Below, in pieces: positions 1 to 11,951 of a stretch of DNA of 64,000 nt (its first letter is position 1; each line of letters opens with the position of its first letter). The notes under the pieces are model-generated. The model searched no databases, was not told the origin of the DNA, and worked only from the letters and a program-made list of their open reading frames with translations. Source of the DNA: Octopus bimaculoides (Eukaryota); the NCBI RefSeq assembly GCF_001194135.2, contig NC_069010.1, positions 9,875,387 to 9,939,386 of the forward strand, written 5' to 3'. The position numbers and the translations under genes are program-made.

Positions 1-689
1 TTCCTTTTTTGTTTTTCAGGTAAAATGTATCTAGGGCTACATAATGTAATGTGATCCGCCTCTTTGTTTAGCCCCAAGTTCGTCCTTATGCAGATCAAGT
101 GTATTCTAGCCATGACCATCTCGTTTTATTTTGTTTTTCAGACACAATGTATCTATTGCTTGGCAGCATTCTTTGTTCCGATTCTCAGTCCTTTGTTGGT
201 TCTTTGGAGGATTCCACCTCAACGGGTCCCCTACCATTGCTTTCAATATAGTTTATATGTATGAATGATTGTAAGTAGGGAGAGAGTGATCAGCTAAACT
301 GGGTGACCCCACAACCCCCTCCATTCAGCCTGATTAAAAATGCTTTTAACTCTAATTAAATTACTAATTTCAAACTCATTAAATGTTGAAACGATTCCTT
401 TGCTACAACAAATGACTTTTAAAATGATTAAAACAAAACCAGATCTTTCTAAAGTTTTGTATGGTTCGGGTTTCATTTTCTTTTTTTATTTACTTTGACT
501 CACAACATATAAAACCACCTTTCCACCCTGGCCCACCACCAAATTTCGTTACTTACCTCTGTCTTAGGATATAAGTCCATGATGAAGAAATGGCAAATAC
601 CTGCAATATGGCAGAAACTATAAGGAAACAGTTTAACGAGGCCCCAGGAGCAGATCAAGGACTGCATCATCTCATTTGTCTTTCTTGTA

Positions 690-1210
690 GTTGTTTAGCC
701 TTAGATGTTCCAAACGTGACCATCCTGTCTTTTATTTGGACGTAGTGCATCTCGGACTATATTATCTAATATGTTCTTCCATGTTGTTTAGCTCCAGAGC
801 AGACCTTCAGTCAAGGGTGTTCCAGTTGTGACCATCTGACATAGTGTATCTAGGACTACAATATCTAATGTGTCTTTCTTTGTTCTTGTTTAGCCCTGGG
901 TCAGTCCTGATTTGCAAGATTGTGATCAAAAGTTGTTCCAGCTGTGACCATCCTGTCTTTTATTCAGACATAGTGTAATGTATCTTCTTTGTTCTTGTTT
1001 AGGCCCAGGTCAGACCTGATTCAACCAACTTGTGATTATGTTCCAGCTGTGATGATCTTATCTTTTATTCAAGCATAGTATATCTAAGCCTACATCATCT
1101 AATGTTTCCTTCGTTGTTATTGTTGTTTTTTTTAACTCCAGGCCAATATTGATCCAATAAAATCTACCATCAATAGGCATTCCAGCCATGACCATCCCAT
1201 CTCTTAACAT
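690..1210. repeat. Tandem array of a degenerate ~100-120 bp unit (gttgtttagcccc..gg...gtgaccatcctgtc...gtgtatctaggactaca); related copies at ~15-135 and ~20625-21005
   Basis: The same motifs recur about five times in tandem. Confidence 0.75.
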
Positions 1211-1719
1211 GCATTAAATCCTTGTGAATTTTGTCCGTTTTGTACCAAGGTGGACTTAGCCATTTGTCTCAGATCAATAAACTAAGTACCAGAAGAAGTA
1301 TGTAGGGGGATTGCTGTAATTGACTAAAAACTCGCCCAGAAGTTTGTGCTCCAGTCTGACCACAGTCTAAAGACTGATATGAATAAAGCAGATCTCAGTT
1401 TGTAACCAATATAACAATAACCAATGTGTATTATGTATCAATAAAAGTGATTTATTCTGTATTGATTGATTTGACTTGTGACATTGTTGAGCATGAGTGT
1501 GTTTGTGTTGGCTTGCTGTTTGCCTGGGGTGGTAGGAACTATGCATGGAACACTCCGTGGAGCAACATGGAAAAAGAAATCTGGAAATTTTCGGTAGTTC
1601 CCACAGATCTGGAAATTTTAAAATCAAGTGAAAATTTTCAAATTTGGTATTTTGATGTAATTTTTCACACTGAATCCCAATCTAAGATTCATTTATTCCC
1701 AGGTAAATTTAGGAACCAT

Positions 1720-1950
1720 CATCATCATCATCATCATCATTATCGTTTAACGTCCGCTTTCCATGCTAGCATGGGTTGGACGATTTGACTGAGGACTGGT
1801 GAAACCGGATGGCTACACCAGGCTCCAATCTGATTTGGTAGAGTTTCTACAGCTGGATGCCCTCCCTAACGCCAACCACTCAGAGAGTGTAGTGGGTGCT
1901 TTTACGTGCCACCGGCACGAAGGCCAGTCAGGCGGTACTGGCAACGGCTT
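1720..1950 (-). mobile_element. SINE-like repeat family with (ATG)n tail; further copies near 3370, 5376, 7910, 9085, 9480, 10617, 12530, 19555, 22360, 22720
   Basis: Recurrent catcatcgtttaacgtccgctttccatgctagcatgggttggacg...ctacagctggatgcccttcctaacgccaacc, in both orientations. Confidence 0.85.
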
Positions 1951-2221
1951 TCAAAATTTGACCATTTTAGTTGAATCAGAATCTAGGAATTGGAAGCTGC
2001 ATATTTTCTTTGTGGTTTGTTACAAAACGAAAAACAAATAACAACAATATTGATTACAAAATTTGTTGTGAAAGTATCAGTCACACAACAAACAGTGTCT
2101 TTGTTATAATGAAAGCCGGGCTTGCATTCTATGCCAACCCAAGATATTATGGTATAACACATGTTGGACAAATGAATGAACAACTAGATAAGGTAAAGAG
2201 ATCCCTCCTTGTCCCCTTCAT

Positions 2222-2640
2222 TACATAAGACAGTAGGGTGAAATTTGGCTGCTGTTTCTAGCAGGTCTAATTACCATGTAGAGGTCTGCCTCTTTGGCTC
2301 ATATATACATAAGACAGTAAGGTGTAATTTGAGAAAGATTTGGCTGCTGTTTCTAGCAGGTCTAACTACCATGTAGAGGTCTCCCTCATTGGTTCATATA
2401 TACATACATAAGACAGTAGGGTGTGATTAGAGGGAGATTTGGCTGTTATTTCTGCCAGGTCTAGCTATCATGTAGAGGTCTCATTGGCTCATACATACAT
2501 GTGAGAAGGGTGTGATTTGAGGGAGATTTGGCTGCTATTTCTACCACATCTAGCTTCCGTGTAGAGGTCTTTCTCATTGGCTCAGACACCAGACAGTAGG
2601 GTGTGATTTGAGGGCGGTTTAGCTGATATTTCTGGGGATC
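2222..2640. repeat. Tandem array of a ~90-95 bp unit (cataagacagtagggtgtgatttgagggagatttggctgc...gtagaggtctc); two more copies at ~50600-50770
   Basis: Four to five direct copies are visible. Confidence 0.85.
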
Positions 2641-3479
2641 ACTACTGTGATACACTACTGTGCCCGTCCCAGCAGTTCTATCCCCTTCTGTCAATCATGA
2701 ATATGGCCCCAAGATCAACTTTTCCACTTGTTTCACTGACGTTCCACTAACATGCAGAATGCACTGGGAAGACTCTCTTGAAAGGACCAATGTCTCAATC
2801 TTCGCAACACTGATTCTCATCCCTACCCTGCAGCACTTTGTAACATGTGTGTGTGTGTGTGTGTTAAAACCTTTTGCTTCTGTACCACTAGTGTCACCTG
2901 TCAGTTTCCTTGTCAAGAAATCAACCACTTATTTTGAGCCTTCAAAACTGCAAGGAATAAGAGATTCCTTAATCTTAAAACAGGTAAGGATTAGTGACAA
3001 CAAGGTTATCTAGCTGTGAAACAATACCCCAATAACATTCATCTAACCCATGCTAGCATGGAAAAATAGACATAAAAACAAGTGACCAAATATCCCTTCA
3101 TTGATGATGAAGTCATTTGGAAAGCAGAACTACAAAGAGATGCTGAAAAGTTCCCAACTCTAAGGCTGTTGAGAAGGGCCTGGTTGGAAGCCCAACCTTG
3201 CAAGTTCTTTTACAGAGCTTAGAAAAACTGAAGGGCCGCTACGATAAGTGTGAATCAGAGAGGGGAATATGTTGAATAAAATCATAATAAGCTGATCCTT
3301 CCTATATTTTCTTTTACCCAAAGCCAGGAATGTTTCAGCATCTCCTCCTGTGTGTGTATATATATCACCATTGTCATTTAACATCTGCTTTCCATGCTGG
3401 CATGGGTTGGACGGTGTTTGACTGAGAACTGGCAAGCCATGAGGGTGCACCAGGCTCAAATCTGATTTGGCAAGGTTTC

Positions 3480-4010
3480 TACAGAACTCCAGCAGCCTGG
3501 TTCCTTCTTCATTGCATGAACCAAATACATTGTCACCATGTACACTATGAAAACTCCCTGGATGTTGTCCAACATGCCCATTGAAGTTACCAGCCACAAA
3601 GAGAAGGTCCCTGTCATTTGTCAACGAGGTAGTCTGCAAGAAGGTGTCACAAAATCTTTCTGCTCGTCAGGTAGCCCCAGCTGAGGGGTATAAGCCAAGA
3701 TAATGGTTGCTAATCCATGTAGCACTAGTCTAATCTTAAGTAGTCTATCACAGACTCTGACTACCTTATCAACCCATTTCTCTGCAAGAAGTATACCCAC
3801 GTCTCTGACCCCGTCAGTGTTCTCTACCCATAAAATCTTATACCTGTGAGAAACCAAGCAAAACTTCCTCTCCTCATTACTTCTTGGATGCAGCACAAAT
3901 CAACACATCTCCGGTCAAGCATCTCAATGATCTCACCAGACCTACCTTTCAGCGTGCCAACTCTGAAGGTGTGGAAGATGTGGGGTGGCGACTTCCTGGG
4001 ATTGGGGACA
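3480..4010 (-). mobile_element. RTE-clade LINE fragment, APE endonuclease domain (degenerate)
   Basis: VGTLKGRSGEI...VDLCCIQE, GILLAEKW, AGNFNGHVG and NEEGTRLLEFC occur across frameshifted minus-strand ORFs. Confidence 0.85.
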
Positions 4011-6020
4011 GCAGCATTATACATCTGAAAAGAAAGCTCACGTGTGTGTCTGGTAGATCTTGTAAACATACAAATAGGCTTCAACCTGCATACACTTCAT
4101 CTTCATTATATTCGCTTCATAATCTTACATTCAACAGGAGAGAGAGAGAGAGAGAGACACTAGATAGGGATGGAGGGGGGAAAGCGTTCTGTGTAGTTAA
4201 CTGTTAGAGGTACTCAGGAGAAAGACTTCTGGTATAGGTGGGATGGGAGGGCGCACCACAGACGACAAAACACTATGGCTACCCTATTCCCTAAGCTAAA
4301 GCTGATGTGGAACAGCCACAGACAGAGCAAGTCACTAATTAACAATCAGCATGGGAAAGCAAGTGGTTAACAAACTGAGGGAGAAAGATTGAGGAGAGTG
4401 GTGAAAGATTCAAGAATTAGGGCTATTTGAGCAAAGAGTGGAACATTTGGATAAGATACCAGGTAACAGAATAAAAGAAAGAAAGAGATGGAGGGTTCTG
4501 GAAAGTTTCTGGCTTGAAGGGTATCATGAAAGGCCTGGCTGGAGGTCCAACCTTGCAAGTTCTTTTAGAGGGCTCAGAAAAACTAATGGATTGCTGCAAT
4601 AAGTGTGAATCTGAGAGGGGAATATGTTGAATAAAATCATAATTAATTGATCCTCAGCTGGATGCCCATCCTAATGCCAACAACTTTGGGTGCTTTTCAT
4701 GTGGTACTGGCACCAGTGTGGTCACTAAGTACCTGCAAGATGAGACCCTTCAACTGAGTGGGGTACAGAATGGAGAGACAAGAAATTCTGATAGAGGGAG
4801 AGGAGATGGAGTTGTGTTGCTAAAGAGGTGACTACATGGCTTGCCCAGCTGGAAAGAGACAGAGAGAGAGATGTGAGGTGCAGGTAGAAGATGACTCTGA
4901 AACAGAAGAGGTGGCTGGGTAGGGTAAGTGCAGAAGAGGTGGCTGGGTAGGATTAGAGACGGGGAAGGAGTTGGAGGATGCAGAAGATGTCAGTTCAGCA
5001 GAAGGAGGAGAAGTATGAAGAAAGTAGGGTCACGTGGAAGATTGAGTTGCAGGGGGAGCAGAAGGCTTGACAGAACCTTGATTCTGCTGAGATGGACGGT
5101 TCTTCTCAAGCACAACATATCACCATTTATTTCTGTCCGTTTCATAGGGGCTCAATATCTTGAGGTCAGTCTTCACCACTTTGTCTCATGGCTTCCCAGG
5201 CCTTCCTCTTCCACACATTCTTTCCTTGGTTACAACTTCTTTATGCAACCAATCCTCAATCAATCCAAACCACACAACTATACTAGCACGGTAGCCTTCC
5301 CTCTTGCACACCACGTCTGATGCCGCTTATACTATCTTTTTCTAGGCACATATTTTATTGTACATGCATCATCGTCATCATCGTTTAACGTCCGCTTTCC
5401 ATGCTAGCATGGATTGGACGATTTGACTGAGGACTAGCCATCTGGTTCGCCAGTCCTCAGTCAAATCGTCCAACCCATGCTAGCATGGAAAGCGGACGTT
5501 AAACAATGATGCACACTGACATTGTAGATCCATCAGAGAATACTTTTTTTCCTTCCTTTCTTTCTAGTCTTTGCATGTCTTCTGTATTCACAGCCCAGGT
5601 TCCACAACCATGTAGCATCACCATTTGTGCACAGGCATCATACAACCTGCCTTTCAGGGTAGATGTTACCTCAAGGGGAGAGTTAGAATTCAGTGATAGA
5701 ATTAATGATTTAGAGAACTGGAGTTTAGACTCAGGTTTCTCTATTTAGAGAAGATAATCAGAGAGATATTTTAATGTCCGTCTCTACACACCAGCAATGA
5801 AAGTAACTCTGGAATTTACGTCTGGATTCATTGAGCAATGAATGTCATGCTCTCTATACTTTCTCACTCTCACCTCTCTTTCACTCAATCTCTCTCTCTC
5901 TCTTTTTAACTGTATTTCACTCTCTTACCTCTCTTCTGTTTGTTACACTCTCTCTCTCTCTCCCTATCTCTCACTCTCCATCTCTTTCGTTGCAGTGGGT
6001 CCCGATTGCCAGATGCAGTA

Positions 6021-7249
6021 ATGTCCGAACTCTGTCAACAAAGGGATGACCTGACCATCGACACAGATGTCCACCTGGTCAAAACCGACCTCTTCTCGGC
6101 TGACGGCGTTGATGACCACTCTGTCATTGCGCAGGCACTGACGGTGTTCGAGGTGGACAGCAAGAAAGATGCTGAGGAAGAAGAGAACGTGAAGGAAGAG
6201 GAGGAGAAGAAGGCGGAGAAGGTGCAGCGACCGCAACGCAAGCGGAGAACAAGTGCGAGGAACGCTGCCAACCACACCGTCACCACGACAACCACCACCA
6301 ATACCACCAACACCACCATCAGCAACCTCTGTCCTCCTCTCACTGGGTCGANNNNNNNNNNAACACCACCATCAGCAACCTCTGTCCTCCTCTCACTGGG
6401 TCGAAGACAGTGACGACGGTGTCATCATCGTTACAATCATCGTTAACGTCATCTTCATCATCATCACCATCACCAGCATCACTGGCGTCAGCGGTGGTGA
6501 CAAAGTCATCCAAATCATCCAAGCCATCACTCACCATCACCATTTCCACCACCAACAACACCGCCACCATCATCGCCAACAATGCTGCTGCAGCCGCTGC
6601 CGCTGCCTCCTCCTCCTCCTCCCTTGATTCCACACCCCCAGCCAGCACCACTGTTGACGCCACCACCACCACCACCACCACCTTTACCACTGTCACCGCC
6701 ACCACTAACTCAAGTAGTAGTAGTAGTAGTAGTCCTACTGTTGCTACCAACACCACCATGTCAACAACAGGGACTCTCTGCGCAAATGCTGCAGCCCCCG
6801 TCTCTTCCGGCATGGAAGCTGACTCTACCAACAACAACAACAACAACAACATCACGCACACCCCTCCCACTACCACAATCAACCCCTCCACCATCTTCAC
6901 CACCTCCACTGTCTCTACGTTCACTTCCACCACCGCCACCACCACGGGCACCACCTCCGTTGCCAGTACATCACCAATTGCTGTGGTGACCAGCCAACTG
7001 TCGCTGTCGTCACCGACGGCGATGGCAGCAAACAGCCAAGATTCCTTCACGCCACCTGCCCTGCAATCCCCACAGAACAGCACCTTCCCTATGTCACCGC
7101 AGGCCCAGTTTCCCGACCCCGTGCATGATCTGCCCCCCGAGTTACTCCAAGCCGGTTGGCGAAAGTTCTGGAGCAAGCGTGAGAATAGGCCTTACTTCTT
7201 TAACAAAATCACAAACGAGTCCTTATGGGAGATGCCAGTTTTTGGCCAG
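6021..7249 (+). CDS. PCIF1: PCIF1 coding exon 1: acidic/basic N-terminus, long S/T/A/N low-complexity tract, WW domain (7127-7249)
   Basis: Acceptor ttgcag ends at 5995 and ATG is at 6021 (MSELCQ...). After collapsing the 43-bp duplicate around the gap at 6352-6361 the frame runs on to DLPPELLQAGWRKFWSKRENRPYFFNKITNESLWEMPVFGQ, which matches the PCIF1 WW domain. Donor CAG|gtaagc at 7249/7250, phase 0. The start codon is less certain than the WW part. Confidence 0.85.
6352..6361. other. 10-N scaffold gap with overlapping contig ends (6309-6351 duplicated at 6362-6404)
   Basis: An identical 43-mer (aacaccaccatcagcaacctctgtcctcctctcactgggtcga) sits on both sides of the gap. Confidence 0.95.
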
Positions 7250-8297
7250 GTAAGCAGCTTTCTTTTATTTTTTTATCGCCTCCAAAAGGCTTTTGTTACT
7301 TCATGTTTTCCTTCTTTGCCGCAATTATCAGTTATCAACATCATTACTTAACATCCATTTCCCCATGCTTTCTACAGCAGGATGCCTTTCCTGCCACCAA
7401 CCTCTACTTATTTCCATACAAGGTAATATTTCCCAGTGATCAGGCATGTTTACACGGAAGACTGGAAGAGGAGACAACTTGTGTGATGGTGTCGTTCATT
7501 TACAACTATTACACAATGTCAAGACAAGGAGATAGTAACACACACACAGACACACACACATGTATGTACCCTTATACCTCAGTACTACAGACTAAAAGTG
7601 GGGAATATCAGTCCGATGAAGCCGATTGTCTGTTGGTACCAACACTGAGGTTAGGATATGTTAGGAGTGACTAATATCAACAATTACATTATGAAAGACA
7701 GAGGAACAAATAGAGTACTGTACTTTTAATGAAGCCCACAATCCAGTCTGACAGTGCAAAGGACCTGTACACTGTCAATATATTCTTATACTACAGTAAA
7801 TTCAATATTTTAAAATTTTAAATCAGACTTACCTTGGGTGGTGAAGAGGTGTTGTTGATATGCTGTGATTTTGTCCACTGTTTCCAAAATCTGTTGAATG
7901 AAGCTAGTGTCCCCCGACTGTCTCCCGTGCTGGTGGCACATAAAAAGCACCCACTACACTCTCAGAGTGGTTGATGTTAGGAAGAGCATCCAGTTGTAGA
8001 AACTCTGCCAGATCAGATTGGAGCCTGGTGCAGCCTCCTGGCTTGCCAGTTCTCAGTCAAACCGTCCAACCCATACCAGCATGGAAAACAGACGTTAAAC
8101 GACGATGATAATGATGATGATGGAGGTCCATAGTACTGAGGTATGAGTGTCTATGTGTGTCTATACATGTTTATATTTTTATATTTTTATAGAGGATATG
8201 AGGAGTCTTTGTCTGGAGGAGGATCTTTATTTGTCTTCTTTTTCTGCAATTCATTGTGTAATATGTTCTTATTTATTTTCCTCCCATTTCTTCCCAG

Positions 8298-8494
8298 CTG
8301 GATCCTTTGACTGACCCTTTAGGAATCAGCAGTCCTTCTTCCAGTGGGATGGTGTCCCCAGTTGGCCAGGCCCCTTTCAGCAGGTCAAGCAGTATGGAAG
8401 GGCCGTTGCCTTCGTTGCCAGTCTCTGGTGAAAAACGACGAGCGAGTTCAGAGTTATTTGCAAGTCCAACAAAACGCATGACTTTCACTTACAG
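8298..8494 (+). CDS. PCIF1: PCIF1 coding exon 2 (LDPLTDPLGISS...KRMTFTY)
   Basis: Acceptor ttcccag| and donor AG|gtgaga (phase 2). The DPLG motif follows the WW domain as in vertebrate PCIF1. Confidence 0.9.
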
Positions 8495-8870
8495 GTGAGA
8501 CAACCCTAAACCCTATTCTCTCCTTCCAACACATTCAGGTTATTCAAACCGATTTCTTTATCAATTCGCATTGTCTTCAGTGAACCATTCAGCCATAGTC
8601 CAATGACTGAGAGTAGTAAATGGTGAAAGATGAAAGATTTAAAATATTTCTTCTGATCCTTGTGGTTTTCATTAATGTGTAACTGACCCTTATTTTTCAA
8701 TCCCTATGCTTAATCGTCAAAGTTTCCATCCACAAGTGAACGTCCCTTATTTTCGGCCCCTGCTAATCAATCATTGTAGTTTTCATTAACATGTAACAGA
8801 CTCTTAATTTTTTTCTTCTCCTTCTGACCCTTGTCACCTTGATTAATCTCTGACGGATCCTTATTTCTAG

Positions 8871-9025
8871 CCCCTACTGGAATTTCGATATTGCCTCGAA
8901 TGCAGTGATGTACGAGAGGGCCCCGTGTATGCTGCCTCCAGTGCTGCCTGAGATTGAACTTCTGCGTGCCCAGTTGGTGGCCAAACTGAGGATGAACTAC
9001 AAATGCTTGTGTAAGACAAGAGAAG
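8871..9025 (+). CDS. PCIF1: PCIF1 coding exon 3 (PYWNFDIASNAV...EIELLRAQLVAKLRMNYKCLCKTRE)
   Basis: Acceptor tttctag| and donor G|gtcagt (phase 1). Aligns to human YWDLDIQTNAV...EVELLRSQLILKLRQHY. Confidence 0.95.
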
Positions 9026-9949
9026 GTCAGTAGAAACCCTTTCATCACCTGGCTTCAAATGTTGTTGTACACACACACACATCATCATCATCATCATCAT
9101 CATACGTCTGTTGTTCATGCTGGGAGGCTGCACCAGGCTCCAGTCTGATTTGGCATTTTTTTAATGGCTGGATGCCCTTCCTAATCCCAGCCACTCCGAG
9201 GGTGTAATGGATGTTTATATGCGCCACCGGCACTGGTGCTATTTGCATAACACTGGTATCTACCACGACTGTGATTTTGCTCAGCTTGATGGGTCTTCTT
9301 CTCAAGCACGACGTAATGCCAAGGGCCTTGGTCATTGCCTCCACGAGGCCCAACACCTAGCTCCTAATGTATAATAATAATAACATAAATACTAATTTTT
9401 GAAATAAAAGTATTTCAATTAAAATACAATTGAAACGAATTTCTTGTCTGTCTGTTTACAATAGATATACATTTTTACCAGTTCCTGGCACCAGTGTCGC
9501 CTTCCTGGCTGTCCCAGCGTTGCCTTCCTGGCTGTCCCAGCGTTGCCTTCCTGGCACGTGAAAAGACATTCGAGTGAGGTCATTGCCAGTGTTGCTGACT
9601 GACTCCTGTGCAAGTGGCACGTAAAACACACCATTTTGAGCGTGGCCGTTGCCAGTACCATCTGACTGGCCCTCGTGCGGGTGGCATATAAAAGCACCCA
9701 CTACACTCTCGGAGTGGTTGGCGTTAGGTAGGAAGGGCATCCAGCTGTAGAAACTCTGCCAGATCAGATTGGAGCCTGGTGTAGCCATCTGGTTTCACCA
9801 GTCCTCAGTCAAAAAAATTGCAACGGGGGTGATGCAGAGATTGAAGGGAAGAGCAGGATGAGTAAAGCAATGTCTGTATTCCAACACCTTCATCTGATAT
9901 AAAGACTGACCATCAGTGAAGAAATACTCGTTTATTGTTATACCAACAG

Positions 9950-10330
9950 CCATCTTATGCCCGTAAAACTTAGAAGACTGAAGATCTCTCAGTGGCTGGA
10001 CGTCTTCCATCGATGTTGCCTATGTTCAATTCAGGACAACTCTTACTGGGACAGAGTGAGAAACGAAGATGTGACGGGAAGTTTGCAGGCCATGTTGACT
10101 AAGGGGCAGATACAGGCTTACTGGCCGTGTGCTACGATTTCCGCAGGAAAGACATGCTACCATTTTGATGGAGTGGACGCCGGGTGGATTAAAGAGACCA
10201 AGTGGAAGACCAAGAAAGACAAGGAGCAGTATATTCTGGGATGAGATGATAGAGGTGGGAGTTGGCCTCAAGTGGAGCCTGGAGAAAGACAAGCAATTGA
10301 GATGTCTTGTGGTTCAGACAGCACTGGAGA
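9950..10330 (+). mobile_element. RTE-like LINE 3' fragment (post-RT region)
   Basis: LDVFHRCCL...WDRVRNEDV and WTPGGLKRPSGRPRKT. Confidence 0.75.
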
Positions 10331-11317
10331 ATCCAGTAGCTAAGGGTGTTGGTGTAGAGAAATTAAGAGGGGTGGGGTAACTATCATGTTTGAGATTATC
10401 TCCGGTTATCTCCCTTCGCATGACAAGCTCAGGATACAAAGTATATGGGCAACCTTTTTTTTAGAGAAGCGGACCGTATGAGACATGGTTCGTCATTAGG
10501 TGGGCCACACTACAAAAAGGCAAAAAATTCAAGGTAATTTTTTTATTTAGATGTATCATTCAGGAAGTTTCATGGGCCTCAGGTTGTCTCTCATATATTA
10601 GTTTTAAGTCTGTATCATCATCATCATCGTTTAACATCTGTCTTCCATTCATGCATGGGTGGGACGGTTGACCGGAGCCGGCCTGGTCTTTTTTTTTTGG
10701 CAGGATTTTTACAGCTGGATACCTTTCCTAACCCCAACCACTCTTCAGAGGGGACTGAGTGCTGAGAGCCTGATAGCACAGGCAAGGTCATTTTTGGCAG
10801 GTTTTTACAGCTGGATGCCCTTCCAAATGCCAACCACTTTATAGTGTAGACTGGGTGTTTTTTTACATGGCACCAGCACTGCTAGTTGCAAGACAAATAA
10901 TTTGGGAGGGGGCAGGGGCTTTGGAGGAGGTGATTCGATGTCAGATGATGCAAGGTTAGAGCATGACGGAGAAACAGAGGCAGAAAGAGGTGTGATGCTG
11001 CAGAGGAGGGACATGGTTACCCAGCCAGAGAGAGGGAGAGAAGAGAAAGAGAGGGTGGTTTGGCTATCATTTCTGAGTGACTGCAAAGACCTGTCCTTGG
11101 TTGCTTCTGTGCTGATGTGTGCGACATGAAGTGATATGTGTGTGTGTGAGTGAGTTTGTGGTGTGTTCTATGTGTATGTATGTCTGTGTTGTGATGTGAT
11201 GTGTGCATACTCAGTGTGGTGTTGTGTTTTGTGATGGTGAGGTGCCCCAGGAATGTGAGAAGCAATGCCTCTTATTCTACACACACCACATTGCAGTGTT
11301 TCTGGTTGTGTTTGCAG

Positions 11318-11549
11318 ATATCGACGCCCCCAGTGAGTCGTTCAATCGCTGGCTGATGGAGCGGAAAGTGTGTGACCGCGGAGCCGACGCCATGTTGCCA
11401 TCCGATTGTAACAGCGAAGTGTCCCAGTCGATGTACCGTGAAATCATGAACGACATCCCAGTCAAGCTGAGCAACCCCAAATACTCAGGTGACGTCAAAC
11501 GGCAGCTGGTCAACTACGCAGAGGCAGCAAAGAAGATGATCGAATCAAG
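11318..11549 (+). CDS. PCIF1: PCIF1 coding exon 4 ([17 protein letters not shown]...[11 protein letters not shown])
   Basis: Acceptor tttgcag| and donor AG|gtaagt (phase 2). Helical-domain motifs ESFNRW and REIMNDIP are present. Confidence 0.96.
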
Positions 11550-11851
11550 GTAAGTTTAAATCACATTGATGGTCGTTGTTATTGGAACAGAACTATGATT
11601 AAAGACATTCCAGATATGACTATCACTTTTGTCTTTTGTGAATGAACAAATGAATCTAGTCTTACATCATTCACCATGTCTTTCCATATATAAAATAGTA
11701 AAATAAAAATATATTAAGTTATTGAAAATCTAGGCCTATCATATTTAAAGTCCTGAGATATTGTATGTTCTTCACCTTTGTTGGTTTATTATCATCCTCA
11801 TTGCTGTTCGTGTTGCTCTGTTCCCTGAGTGTCGTCACTCTCTACTTACAG

Positions 11852-11951
11852 GGGTACCAGTTCCGAAAGCAGGAAAGTGGTGAAATGGAACGTCGAAGAT
11901 ATGATAGCTTGGCTGCGCAAACCACACTCCAGTACATTTGAAGATTATTTG
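11852..11951 (+). CDS. PCIF1: PCIF1 coding exon 5 (GTSSESRKVVKWNVEDMIAWLRKPHSSTFEDYL)
   Basis: Acceptor cttacag| and donor TTG|gtaggt (phase 0). RKVVKWNVED is identical to the vertebrate motif. Confidence 0.96.

Noticed and set aside
1426-1788. 120-aa plus-strand ORF upstream of PCIF1 with a donor-like cag|gtaaat
   Set aside because: I recognise no homology and it ends in a SINE tail. It could be a 5' UTR exon, but the sequence alone does not support that.
1789-1804. CTGAGGA...GAAA in the (ATG)n-tailed SINE, resembling a hammerhead core
   Set aside because: The intervening CTGGT cannot form stem II, and no stem I or III with a UH site follows.
690-2640. Regularly spaced repeats as a CRISPR-like array
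   Set aside because: The context is eukaryotic, the whole units are degenerate tandem copies without unique spacers, and there are no cas genes.
6340-7176. 278-aa minus-strand ORF (also 6253-6627 and 6582-6989 on +)
   Set aside because: These are antisense and alternate-frame shadows of the trinucleotide-rich PCIF1 exon 1, with no domain content.
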